Below, one piece after another: positions 1 to 8,738 of a stretch of 50,183 nucleotides of DNA (position 1 is its first letter; the number at the start of each line of letters is the position of its first letter). The notes under the pieces are model-generated. The model searched no databases. It saw only the letters and a program-made list of their open reading frames with translations, and was not told the DNA's origin. The translations under genes and the position numbers were made by a program. The DNA comes from a virus (Duplodnaviria > Caudoviricetes), in the IMG/VR virus record IMGVR_UViG_3300037873_000030, positions 1-50,183 of that record; one strand, 5' to 3'.

Positions 1-21
1 CCGGTACGGCTCGACGAGAGG
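1..21. repeat. Terminal direct repeat (circular assembly overlap), left copy
   Basis: CCGGTACGGCTCGACGAGAGG is identical to 50163-50183. Confidence 0.95.
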
Positions 22-92
22 TGGCGGGGTCCTCAGCCGGTATGATCATCGCCCGTGCCGGACCCACCCCCCTACCCCTGGCAGGTGTCATG

Positions 93-422
93 TCACTGTG
101 TGTGTTGCTTGCTCGAGTTGCATGAGCGACAGAGCACACCGAGCGGTCCGTCTTCCCGACCACCTGCGGCGACGCTGGTGGTGTGGTCTGCGGTCAGGTC
201 CCCGGCGGGGTGCGGTGGCCGGCCCCATCCTGGGCACCAGTCGCCGCGGGTGGCACGCCACGCGGCGACGGTCTGCGCGCGGCGTGTTGTCTCAGCGGTG
301 GTGATGTACCGTCCTGCCGCGCACCGGCGGCAGCGGCCCCACCCTCGTTTGTGCCGCCCCTGGGTACGTGAGGCCGCCCGGTCTATAAGCTGCCCGCAGT
401 CGAGGCAGGGCACCATTGGCAT
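93..422 (-). CDS. HNH endonuclease (packaging-associated position)
   Basis: CxxC, LTADH...LCRSCNSSK motifs; upstream of the terminase genes across the circular junction. Confidence 0.85.
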   Translation of the reverse strand: MPMVPCLDCGQLIDRAASRTQGRHKRGWGRCRRCAAGRYITTAETTRRAQTVAAWRATRGDWCPGWGRPPHPAGDLTADHTTSVAAGGREDGPLGVLCRSCNSSKQHTQ

Positions 423-481
423 GTGTCACCCACCCGATGGTGTGATGGCGCGGGTGTGCGCGGGTGGTTGATACTGCGGCC

Positions 482-766
482 ATGGAGACTATCGACGGGT
501 ACATGATCCGGGTGCGTTGGGATGGTCAGACGCTGCGTGTGCACGGCACGAGCAAGATGGCCAGGGTGGCGCTCAACGGCGCGGACCATGGTGACGACGT
601 GGTGTTGGCCAAGGCTGAGATTGAGCAGGCGCAGTTGCGGGATGCGACGATGCTGGTCAACGGTTCGCTCACCGTACGTACTGTGGCGGGGCGGAAGCAT
701 GTCCTGCACTTCCGGCGTAAGCACCAGGCTGACTTCGCCCGCCTAGCGGAGGTACTGGGTTCCTAG
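482..766 (+). CDS. Hypothetical protein, isolated on the plus strand
   Basis: Clean ORF METIDGYMIRVRWDG... with GC3-biased codons. Confidence 0.7.
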   Translation: METIDGYMIRVRWDGQTLRVHGTSKMARVALNGADHGDDVVLAKAEIEQAQLRDATMLVNGSLTVRTVAGRKHVLHFRRKHQADFARLAEVLGS

Positions 767-832
767 CTCAACGCTTCCTTGGCGACTCGCGTCACTGAGC
801 GCGAGCGTAGCATATTGCCACCTTGGTCCGAC

Positions 833-1288
833 TTATCGGACACGCATGAGTTCGGCGGGTCGCCAGCCTACGCACACCGCGGCGTCATGCCACCAGCTGT
901 GCACATCAGCGGACAGCCAGTCGGCGACTTCACCGGCCAGGGTGGGGGCCAGGCCGACCAGTTGGCGCATCGCCGCTTTGTGCCAGTCCATGCCCGATGG
1001 TGGTGCGGCCAGCCGGTGGCGGGTGTGCCAGCCGCACAGCTCGCCGTACACGGTGGCCAACAGGTCGACTGCGGCCAGGTCTACGGGTGGCCGGGATGTT
1101 GGCACCTGGCGGCGTTCAGGCCGGTTGTTGGTGGTGCCTGGTTGGGTGGCGGCGCGGAGTTGGTCGAGCAGGGGTGGGTGGGTGAGGATGCGTCCGCGGA
1201 CGGCTAGGTGGATGGGGCGGGTGAGTTGCATGACGTCGGCTGCGATGGCTGATAGGACCCTGGGGTCGACCCCCGTGTAGATGCTCAT
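833..1288 (-). CDS. Actinophage hypothetical protein
   Basis: MSIYTGVDP... with AGGAG RBS; ends WWHDAAVCVGW. Confidence 0.7.
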   Translation of the reverse strand: MSIYTGVDPRVLSAIAADVMQLTRPIHLAVRGRILTHPPLLDQLRAATQPGTTNNRPERRQVPTSRPPVDLAAVDLLATVYGELCGWHTRHRLAAPPSGMDWHKAAMRQLVGLAPTLAGEVADWLSADVHSWWHDAAVCVGWRPAELMRVR

Positions 1289-1323
1289 GGTCACTCCTCT
1301 ACGGCTCGGTGCAGATCGCGCAG

Positions 1324-1512
1324 TCAGCCATGCCGGCACCTCCGATGGACGTAGATCAGGCCGACGCCGTAGGCGGCCAGGACAATGACCGCGCCAACCC
1401 AGTGCCCGTCGAGTTCGTGCGCGGCGTACAGCGATAGGACTGAGACCAGCCAGCCGACGGTGTAGGCGCCGCGGACCGGCCGGCAGGGGGTGCGGATGTC
1501 GTGCTCATCCAT
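1324..1512 (-). CDS. Small two-TM membrane protein
   Basis: MDEHDIRT... with two hydrophobic segments. Confidence 0.6.
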   Translation of the reverse strand: MDEHDIRTPCRPVRGAYTVGWLVSVLSLYAAHELDGHWVGAVIVLAAYGVGLIYVHRRCRHG

Positions 1513-1746
1513 GGCGGGTCTCCTCCACGATGATCGGCATGCGCAAGATCCGGTCTCTAGCACTTTCGTAGCTCAACGGCCCCATGACCACGACGACCAC
1601 GACGCTCACGGCATAGCGCCCGGGGACCCTCCACCATTTGCCGAACATCCAGATGTGGTAGTCGGACTTCCTGACCTGGATGTCGACGCCGCTGGCCGCG
1701 CCGACTTGCTGGGCCAGCGACTTGAGTCGTTCGATTCTGCTCATGG

Positions 1747-1977
1747 TCACTCCTCCTGCTCGCGAACGAACTCGGCGGGGCCTGGCCGGATCTCCACCGG
1801 GTTGCCCATCAGCCAGAGCTGCGACCCGATGACGATGTGCTGAACGACCTCGCCCGCCATCGCGTCCCAGTGCTCTTGGCTGATCCGCCACCGCGACCAC
1901 GCACGGTCGCGTGGGTGGGTGTCCCAGTACGCCTGGTACACCTCACGACGCAAGGTGATGTTGGCGTGCTCATCCAT
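1747..1977 (-). CDS. Hypothetical protein
   Basis: Coupled ORF with good codon bias. Confidence 0.6.
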   Translation of the reverse strand: MDEHANITLRREVYQAYWDTHPRDRAWSRWRISQEHWDAMAGEVVQHIVIGSQLWLMGNPVEIRPGPAEFVREQEE

Positions 1978-2082
1978 GGCGGCACCACCAGCCGACGCTC
2001 ATGCGTCGTAGCTGCCGGCGCCGGTACCGGCGGGTGACTGCGGCGACCAGGGCGGCCCGGCGAACCTGGCGTTCGAAGTCGG

Positions 2083-2373
2083 TCATGGCTGCTCCAGGGT
2101 GTTGGTGGCCGGGCGCATCATCAGATGCCACACCAGGGTGCCGTAGGCAACCAGCGCGGTGCCGGCGTAGAACAGCGGACCGGCCGGCAGCAGCTGGCCG
2201 GTGCCGAAGACCCGAAACTCCCAGGCGACCGGCGGCTCGTAGTTCGCCATGGCCCACAGCTCCACCACATCTGGCCGCCGGGCCGCGACGTGCAGGGTCT
2301 CCCCGGTCAGCTCCAGGATGTGCCACTGGTCGTCGACGGGGATCTCGTAGCGGTGGATCGTCGGCTCAGTCAT
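2083..2373 (-). CDS. Phage hypothetical protein
   Basis: MTEPTIHRYEIPVDD...FRVFGTG...GTLVWHL; GGAGG RBS. Confidence 0.7.
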   Translation of the reverse strand: MTEPTIHRYEIPVDDQWHILELTGETLHVAARRPDVVELWAMANYEPPVAWEFRVFGTGQLLPAGPLFYAGTALVAYGTLVWHLMMRPATNTLEQP

Positions 2374-2713
2374 GCCTCCTCCAGGGTCTCGGCAGCGGGC
2401 GTGGCGGTTGCCCGGCTGGTGTAGACACAGCTCGCCCACCTCGTACATGGCATCCAGGAATGCGCGCTCGGTGTCGCCCAGCTCGGCCAGCAGCCATGAA
2501 CCTGTCCAGGTGCGTGACGTCCGGCTTCGGCGGTTTGAAGCTCCACCGCAGCACCTGACCCATGCGCCACGAGGTGGTGAACCCGATGGCGTACGGGCCG
2601 ACGGTGAACACCTTCGGGTCGGCGCGGACGATCAGGTCCCAGCCTTGCGGGGCGGCGGAGTCGCCGCCGAGGTGCACGGTGCCGTTGTGGACCAGCCCAA
2701 CCACCGCGGTCAT
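2366..2713 (-). pseudogene. Truncated Ntn-hydrolase (proteasome-beta/HslV-like) gene
   Basis: MTAVVGLVHNGTVHLGGDSA...DPKVF...GFTTSWRMGQ; coding quality in this frame collapses after DRFMA (~2497). Confidence 0.6.
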
Positions 2714-3582
2714 CCGCTCTCCTCCTGGCGGTTCAGCAGTTCCCGTTCCCACTCCGGCAGGTCCTCCGTAGTGGTGGCCGGCTGGGTGGGGATGGTGCGC
2801 TGCCCGGTGCGGACCTTGGTAGCCCACCTGCGCAGGCTGGCGGCGGACCCGATCCGGGCGCCGGCAGCCTGATCGGCCGCCCAGTCGAGCGCGTCGGCGG
2901 CGGCGTCGCGGCAGTCCTGATCCGCGTTGGCCTCGACCATGCTCGCCGTGTCGCCAGCCTCACGGGCGTACTCCTCCGCCTGGACAAGCTGAGCCTGAAG
3001 TCCGTAAATTTCGTTCAGCCGGGAAAGCGCCACCTGCTTCAACCGCTCAACATGAGCACGCTCTGTGGCCAGGTCGGCTTGGGCGCCCTCGGCGTACTCC
3101 CGAAGCTGCGTCAGGCAAAGCTCGTGGTCGGCGTCGCGGCGGGCGGTGGCCAACTCGTCCGCCAACGCGCCGATGGTGACCAGGGCGGCGTCCAGGTCGG
3201 CCGTGTCACCATCGGCGCGTTGGCGCCACTCGTCTCGCAGGTGGTCAGTGGTGCGCCAACCGTCAGTCAGCCGGGCAATCTCCACGTGGGCATCGGCCAT
3301 CTCGTCTACCCGGGCCTCCGCGGTCTCGGCACGCTGGCGCCAGTACCAGTAATCCTGCGCTTCTACGGGCAGCGACTGACGGTACCGGTCTCGCTCGGCT
3401 GTGACCTCAGCCAACTCTGTGCGGGTGAGCCGGCCAATCTCGGCGAGCAGCGCGGGCACGTCATCGGCGGAGCAGATGGCCGCTGACACCTCGGTCAGGG
3501 TGATGTCCCGGCCAGCGTCGCGCTCGAGCTGGGCATGCCGTGCGGCGCGGGCGCGGATGGCGGCCAGGTCCAGTCCGCTCAT
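2710..3582 (-). CDS. Coiled-coil protein with Ead/Ea22-like N-terminus
   Basis: DLAAIRARA...DDVPALLAEIGRL followed by heptad-like repeats. Confidence 0.65.
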   Translation of the reverse strand: MSGLDLAAIRARAARHAQLERDAGRDITLTEVSAAICSADDVPALLAEIGRLTRTELAEVTAERDRYRQSLPVEAQDYWYWRQRAETAEARVDEMADAHVEIARLTDGWRTTDHLRDEWRQRADGDTADLDAALVTIGALADELATARRDADHELCLTQLREYAEGAQADLATERAHVERLKQVALSRLNEIYGLQAQLVQAEEYAREAGDTASMVEANADQDCRDAAADALDWAADQAAGARIGSAASLRRWATKVRTGQRTIPTQPATTTEDLPEWERELLNRQEESG

Positions 3583-3742
3583 GGTGTTCCTTTCGGGGTG
3601 GGCAGTGGTCGCCGGTTGCCGCAGTGGCAGCAGGTGCAGCGGCCGCGGTGGCCGGCCGGGCGGGTGCAGCGGTGGTTGCGCCGGCCAAGGCAGCCGGCGG
3701 CGGGCCACCAAGTGCCGCACAACTCGGCGACGGCGGTGGTGG

Positions 3743-4048
3743 TCACGGCCGGCTCCCGTCGCGGATCCAGTCGGCGAAGTCCTCGGCCAACTCGGTCGCG
3801 CCGAACATGGTCGGCGGGGCGCCCATGAAGAGTCGGGCCACGGCGTCCAACGCCCGGGCCCGGATTTCCTGCTCCGGGTCCAGGCCGGCGACTTCGAGCT
3901 CGGCCGGCTCCGGCTCGTCGTGGAGCCGTTCCACGTGGGCGATGAGCGTCAGCAGCCGGCGGCGGACCGGGGTGCGGAAGTGGTGGTCGTCGAGTTGGTC
4001 GAGGTCGGCGACGATTTGCCGGAGCTCGTCGGCGAGGTGGTTGGTCAT
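3743..4048 (-). CDS. Hypothetical protein
   Basis: MTNHLADELRQ..., coupled to neighbours. Confidence 0.6.
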   Translation of the reverse strand: MTNHLADELRQIVADLDQLDDHHFRTPVRRRLLTLIAHVERLHDEPEPAELEVAGLDPEQEIRARALDAVARLFMGAPPTMFGATELAEDFADWIRDGSRP

Positions 4049-4338
4049 GGCCGGGTCCCGGTGTGGATCAGTTGGGTTTCGGCGACCGCCCACGCGATCG
4101 AATCCTGCCGGTAATCCCCGGCGATCTCTGCCAGCCGCAACTGCAGCAGCTCTGCGGAGTCCTTGCCGACCTCGATGCACCAGCATGCGTTCTGCCATGC
4201 CGACGCCGGCTCGGACACCCACTGGCCGTGCAACTTGCCGGCACGCTGGATAGCGATGGCGGTGTTGCTGTAGTACGAGGCCCAATCGGCCTGGGTGAGC
4301 TTGTCGTCGCTGTTGCCGATCATGATGAACACAGTCAT
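4045..4338 (-). CDS. Actinophage hypothetical protein
   Basis: MTVFIMIGNSDDKLTQADW...WQNACWC...YRQDSIAW. Confidence 0.7.
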   Translation of the reverse strand: MTVFIMIGNSDDKLTQADWASYYSNTAIAIQRAGKLHGQWVSEPASAWQNACWCIEVGKDSAELLQLRLAEIAGDYRQDSIAWAVAETQLIHTGTRP

Positions 4339-4548
4339 GTGATCCACGTCCTGTCGCAGTGGGTGCAGTGCCAGAGTTTCGCGCGGCCGGCGTCGATGAG
4401 CGTGCCGCTGATCCACGTCTGGCCGGTTGTGTGGTCGTGGTGCCAGCAGCTGCGCTGGCGCCGCCAACGTCCGATGATGTTGGTCATGGTGGTGGTCATG
4501 TGCTCTCCGTTTCGGCGAGCCGCTCCGAGCGGCAGGGTCGGCAGTGGC

Positions 4549-4737
4549 TGTGGATAACCCTTGGCGGCGATGCGGTTGGGGTGGTTCGGCGTACGCGCGT
4601 GCGCGGTACGGTGCTTGACCCATGGCTACGGTGGGTGAGTAACTTCTCCGTTAGTCCCGTCACGTCACGTCTCGTAGGATTCGCAGGCCGGGACTCCCGT
4701 GCGGGACTCCCGGCGGGATAGGTCATGGGGAGTCCCG
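4549..4737. promoter_or_regulatory. Candidate replication origin: DnaA box plus iteron-like repeats
   Basis: TGTGGATAA (perfect DnaA box, 4549-4557); CGGGACTCCCG at 4689-4699 and 4702-4712; inverted GGGAGTCCCG at 4728-4737; next to the initiator-like gene. Confidence 0.55.
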
Positions 4738-5109
4738 CCAGCATCCGCAGTCTTCGCCGTGCCACCGTACGCAGTTGCCTTTTCGTGACAACTCCTCGAT
4801 CTTGCGCCGACGCTCTTGAGTCTCCTCGTTGGTCTGCTGGTACTCGGCCCAGCCGTGGATGACCCATCCGGTTCCTTCCTTGTGCCATAGTCCGACCTGG
4901 ACGAGCCGGTCGGCGTCGATGGGGCGGCCGCCGATGCGGGCGAGCGCACCTTTGGGTATGAACCCGTCGGTGCCGTGGCGACCGGCGTAGGCCATCGAGC
5001 AGATATAGATGAATGCGGTGCCGCGGCCGTCCTTGTAGTCGTCGACGAGTTGGATGATTTTGGGGTGGTCAGGCATCGTGGTGTCCAGCCGGACCCATGG
5101 CAGGCTCAT
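4723..5109 (-). CDS. Replication initiator-like (winged-helix) protein
   Basis: MSLPWVRLDTTMPDHPKI...TDGFIP...GWVIHGWAEYQ, an actinophage Rep N-terminal signature. Confidence 0.7.
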   Translation of the reverse strand: MSLPWVRLDTTMPDHPKIIQLVDDYKDGRGTAFIYICSMAYAGRHGTDGFIPKGALARIGGRPIDADRLVQVGLWHKEGTGWVIHGWAEYQQTNEETQERRRKIEELSRKGNCVRWHGEDCGCWRDSP

Positions 5110-5335
5110 GGGCGCTCTCCCCGTTGGTCGAGTTGGGCGGCTGGTGCCGGTTGGCGGATGGGTCGGTGGCCGAACACGGCGTGGTGTGCGGCTTCGCTGG
5201 CCGGGTGGTCCCGGAACACGGCGCCGCATGCGCAGTGCAGTACCGGGGTGTCGGCGGGCGGCAGCTCGGCGGTGTAGGCGGCGGCTGGCCGGGCGCCGGT
5301 GGGTGTGCGGCCGTGGTCGCGGGAACCGGGGCGGG

Positions 5336-6049
5336 TCATCTCCGAGCGTCCGTCCACCGTTGCAAGGACTGGATCAACCAGGAGACACGGAACAGGCGGC
5401 CCTCGGTGGGGTTGTCGCCATCGGTCTCTGCGCACGGTCGCCCGGCATCGGTGCTCACCGCCCACCGCAGCAAGTCTGTCGGGATGAACAGGATCATCCG
5501 AGTGTCGCCAACCGCGAACGCCCACCATTCGGCGTCGGTCACATTGAGCCCGCTCGGCTTCCAGCGTGTACCAGCGCCGCCGGGGTCCTGCATCAGTTCG
5601 ACGTAGATCATGTCGTCGAGCCTCCGCTTGCGCTTCACCTCGACCCGGCCCTGACCGTCGCCCAACTCGGCGCGTACCTGGTCGGCGAACTCCGCCAGCA
5701 GGCGGGCGTGCCGACGGCGGTTCTCTCTGGCCTTCAGTGCTTGCTTAGAAATCCCTGATTCGGCAGGGATTTTTATCCCTGATTCGGCAGGGATTTTCTT
5801 AGGCCGCCCCACCTTACCCCTGCCCAGCAGTTGCCCAATCCTAAGTAGGGTGATCACACGAGATCGGCGCGCCTCAGCTGCGTCCTTCCCCAACTGCTGG
5901 AGCCGCTTCTCGACCGCTACGAGAGTCGCCTCCAACTCGTCGAGCTGCTGCTCTGTCATGCTGTCGACCTGTTCCCGCACCGCAACCGCGAACCGCAGCA
6001 ACTCTTCAGCCGTAGCCGTCTTCGGCTCAATCCTTGCTAGCTCACTCAT
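5336..6049 (-). CDS. Chimeric protein: helical N-terminus plus PD-(D/E)XK-like nuclease C-terminus
   Basis: C-terminal VEVKRK...IYVEL...KPSGLNVTDAEWWAF; internal 24-bp duplication. Confidence 0.55.
   Translation of the reverse strand: MSELARIEPKTATAEELLRFAVAVREQVDSMTEQQLDELEATLVAVEKRLQQLGKDAAEARRSRVITLLRIGQLLGRGKVGRPKKIPAESGIKIPAESGISKQALKARENRRRHARLLAEFADQVRAELGDGQGRVEVKRKRRLDDMIYVELMQDPGGAGTRWKPSGLNVTDAEWWAFAVGDTRMILFIPTDLLRWAVSTDAGRPCAETDGDNPTEGRLFRVSWLIQSLQRWTDARR
5751..5798. repeat. Tandem 24-bp palindromic duplication
   Basis: ATCCCTGATTCGGCAGGGATTTT(T/C) twice; each unit is ATCCCTG-N6-CAGGGAT. Confidence 0.9.
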
Positions 6050-6297
6050 TCCCCCGCCTGCCTCTCTGCCGTCTCCAACGTCCGCCGCGCGCAGCACACC
6101 GCCGGCATCTCCGCCGCGTCGAGCCGTCCCCGGCACCAGCACCGCCGGCCGCATTCCCGCGTCCCGTTGCATCGGCATGGATACCTGTCACGCACCGACG
6201 TGCCGGCGACCAGCCACCGGTCGTACGGCCCGCGTGGCATGTCGGTGGCGTGCGCGGCCCGACTGGCCCGCAGGCGCACCATCCCGGCCGGCATCAC
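6046..6297 (-). CDS. Cys-rich hypothetical protein
   Basis: Coupled ORF with CRC...C...CWC. Confidence 0.5.
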   Translation of the reverse strand: MMPAGMVRLRASRAAHATDMPRGPYDRWLVAGTSVRDRYPCRCNGTRECGRRCWCRGRLDAAEMPAVCCARRTLETAERQAGE

Positions 6298-6602
6298 GCC
6301 GCGCCCCTTGCCGGCCGCTCGGCCTCAACGCGGCCGGCCTCATACCACTCCCGGCGCACCAGCTCCGCCTCACACAACCGCCGGTACCGTTGCACCGTCC
6401 GCCGGGTGCAGCCGATCCGCGACGCAACCTGCCCAGAGGACATGCCGCGGGCGGTCAACAGCTCGACCGCGGCGCGCATCTCCCCGGCGGTGTACCGGGC
6501 GGGACGCTGCCCGGCGGCGATCCGCTCAACCGCCACCGGATCCGGTTCCCGCGGTGCGGGCGACGCGTGTGGCACCCCAGGCCGGGCCGAGGTCCAGGTC
6601 AT
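6294..6602 (-). CDS. HTH DNA-binding protein
   Basis: GMSSGQVASRIGCTRRTVQRYR. Confidence 0.75.
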   Translation of the reverse strand: MTWTSARPGVPHASPAPREPDPVAVERIAAGQRPARYTAGEMRAAVELLTARGMSSGQVASRIGCTRRTVQRYRRLCEAELVRREWYEAGRVEAERPARGAA

Positions 6603-7339
6603 GCGGCCGCCACCTCTTCCTGCTCGTCGCCGCGCTGGTGACTAGCGTGAGCGCGAGCGGCCAGCCAGGCCTCAACCTCTTCAGGACGGGTTCCTGGGCG
6701 CTCTCCCGGACCGGGGAAGTTCAACGCTGCGTACTCACCGAAGTGCGTACGGGCTGCTGCGTCGTATGCGAGCGCGGCGGACTTCTCATCCTTGAACAGC
6801 CCCAGACTTGTCCGTCGCCCATCTACGTTGATGATGGCCCGCCACCGCTTCGACCTGTGCCAGACCACACCCTTGAATGGGGAGGCGCTGCCACGCCGCT
6901 TACGTTGGTTCTGATGGTTTTGCCGATGTGTGGCCTGCCTCAGGTTGTCACGCCGATTGTCCAAGCCGTCGCCGTTCCGGTGGTCCGCCTGATCCCATCC
7001 AGTGATCAGCGTGTGCATCAGCTGAGCCCCGTACGTACCGTCGCCGTTGTTCCACGTCCTACGTGCGTACGAGGTTTCGTCGGCACGGACCTGGTGGACG
7101 TGCCACGTGTACTGACCCACCAACTCCACATCGTCTTTATCAACAAGCGAAACGCGCCCGTGGCCAAGGTCAATCTCAACAACCGCGTGATGATCGCACC
7201 GGCACCAGTCCTTGTCGCACAGTGCGGGTGCGCCAGGTGCGCACACGGCCAGGCAGTCGGCGGACACCGGCCGGGTGTCGCCGCAGCCGCAGCCGAGGCC
7301 GATCTCTACGTATCCCGAGAACTCGTCGAACTCATCCAC
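6599..7339 (-). CDS. HNH endonuclease with AP2 domain
   Basis: ADHRNGDGLDNRRDNLR; SPFKGVVW...LGLF...AALAYDAAARTHFGEYAALNF. Confidence 0.9.
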   Translation of the reverse strand: MDEFDEFSGYVEIGLGCGCGDTRPVSADCLAVCAPGAPALCDKDWCRCDHHAVVEIDLGHGRVSLVDKDDVELVGQYTWHVHQVRADETSYARRTWNNGDGTYGAQLMHTLITGWDQADHRNGDGLDNRRDNLRQATHRQNHQNQRKRRGSASPFKGVVWHRSKRWRAIINVDGRRTSLGLFKDEKSAALAYDAAARTHFGEYAALNFPGPGERPGTRPEEVEAWLAARAHASHQRGDEQEEVAAA

Positions 7340-7522
7340 GGCGCGCCTCCTCGGTTTCCAGGACGGCCAGCGTGCCGTCGTCGCCATGCACTACCAGCCG
7401 GTGCGCTGCGATCGCATCCCGGCCGCCGTGCAGCGGGTCAACATGGTCGGGTATCCACTGCCAGGTGTGGGCTGGGCAGCCGGGGTCGAGGCAGCGCCAC
7501 CGTGGCCGCTGGGTTGGGGGTC

Positions 7523-7969
7523 TCATAGGGTCACCTCGCTGCCGTAGCCGGCGACGCGGAGGATCCGGACCGCCTGCTCGAGGTGGGTGACCATCCACCC
7601 GTCGTCTTCTGAGTACCTGGCACCGCCGACCAGCGTGGCGACGGTGGACGTGCGGGCCCATGCCCACCAACGGCCGGGGTTGCCGATGCGGTAGCGGCGG
7701 GTGATGAGGACGCCGTGGTCGGCGCCGGCGTGCTCCCGCTGGTTTTCGAGTTCGTCGAGCCATTCGCCGATCTGCCGGTCGGATGGGTGGTGGGCGTAGG
7801 CGCCACCTTTGACGGACCAGCAGAGGCCGGGTGTGCCGGTGATGTCTCCGGCGTCTTTGGCACCGCGCATGCGGCGGCGTTCGCAGTAGGGCCAGCCGTT
7901 GGCGGCGAGCCATTCGGTGACTAGCCGTTCGGCTTCGCGGCCGATGTCCTGGGGTTTACGCGGCGCCAT
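7523..7969 (-). CDS. Holliday junction resolvase
   Basis: GREAERLV...ERRRMRGAKDAGDITG...WSVK. Confidence 0.8.
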   Translation of the reverse strand: MAPRKPQDIGREAERLVTEWLAANGWPYCERRRMRGAKDAGDITGTPGLCWSVKGGAYAHHPSDRQIGEWLDELENQREHAGADHGVLITRRYRIGNPGRWWAWARTSTVATLVGGARYSEDDGWMVTHLEQAVRILRVAGYGSEVTL

Positions 7970-8738
7970 CGGTGCCTGCCTCGGGTGGGGCTGTGACCTC
8001 GGCCAGGTACAGCGTCGGATTCTTGTGGGCGGCGGCCTTCTCCAGGACGTCGATGAGCCGGCGGGCCTCGGCTGTGGTGAGCTCGTTTGCGCTGGCCAGG
8101 TCCCGGCCGACGATGCGGGAGCAGATGTCGAGCCGCTCAGTCCTGTCGTCGATGCCGAGTTGTCCGAACAGGGCCATCATTTTTGCCCGCTGCGGCGCGG
8201 TGTACGGCTGTGGTCCGTCGCCGGGTAGCGGTGGTGGGGCGGCCCGCTGGGCGGTGCGCCCGGCCGGTTTGGTCGCGGCGGCCGCCTGCCGTTTGGCTGG
8301 TGCCGCGGCGCGCTGTGCTGTGCGCGGCGCGTGGTCTGTGTCGAGGCGGGATTCATCGTCCTCGTCGGCGGCGACGCCGACCATGGCGGCCAGGCAGTAC
8401 CTCCTGGCATACGTGATCCGGCCACCGATCATCTGAATCCCGCCCTCACCGCTGATCGGAAACTCGCCGGACAGGGATTCGCCGGAGTCGTGGAGCAGGT
8501 GGTAGCGCAGGCACATTTTGCCGTCGGAGCCGGCGCCGGGCATGGTGGTGAACGCGAGGCCGTGACGGGCGAGCAGGGGTAGCACGGCGTCGGACAGGTT
8601 GGCGAGGGTGACGTAGCTGTAGGAGTAGGTGCCGCCGGCCTTCTTCTCCACCTCGACGGTGCGGTCCCGTTCCAGCTTGGGTAGCCCGGCTTGGACCTTG
8701 GCGAGCGCGGCGTTCAGCGCGGGTGTGGTGTCGGTCAT
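7956..8738 (-). CDS. erf: ERF-family ssDNA annealing protein
   Basis: YSYVTL...LLHDSGE...GGRITYARRYCLAAMVGVAADEDDE. Confidence 0.9.
   Translation of the reverse strand: MTDTTPALNAALAKVQAGLPKLERDRTVEVEKKAGGTYSYSYVTLANLSDAVLPLLARHGLAFTTMPGAGSDGKMCLRYHLLHDSGESLSGEFPISGEGGIQMIGGRITYARRYCLAAMVGVAADEDDESRLDTDHAPRTAQRAAAPAKRQAAAATKPAGRTAQRAAPPPLPGDGPQPYTAPQRAKMMALFGQLGIDDRTERLDICSRIVGRDLASANELTTAEARRLIDVLEKAAAHKNPTLYLAEVTAPPEAGTDGAA

Noticed and set aside
1-21. Terminal repeat as a biological DTR or att site
   Set aside because: A 21-bp exact overlap is typical of a k-mer circularisation artefact. The HNH plus P27-like terminase arrangement suggests cos ends near here, but I cannot place them.
767-832. 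Intergenic stretch as tRNA, ncRNA or attP
   Set aside because: Only short weak hairpins; no cloverleaf or TTCGA arm. I recognised no tRNA anywhere in the window.
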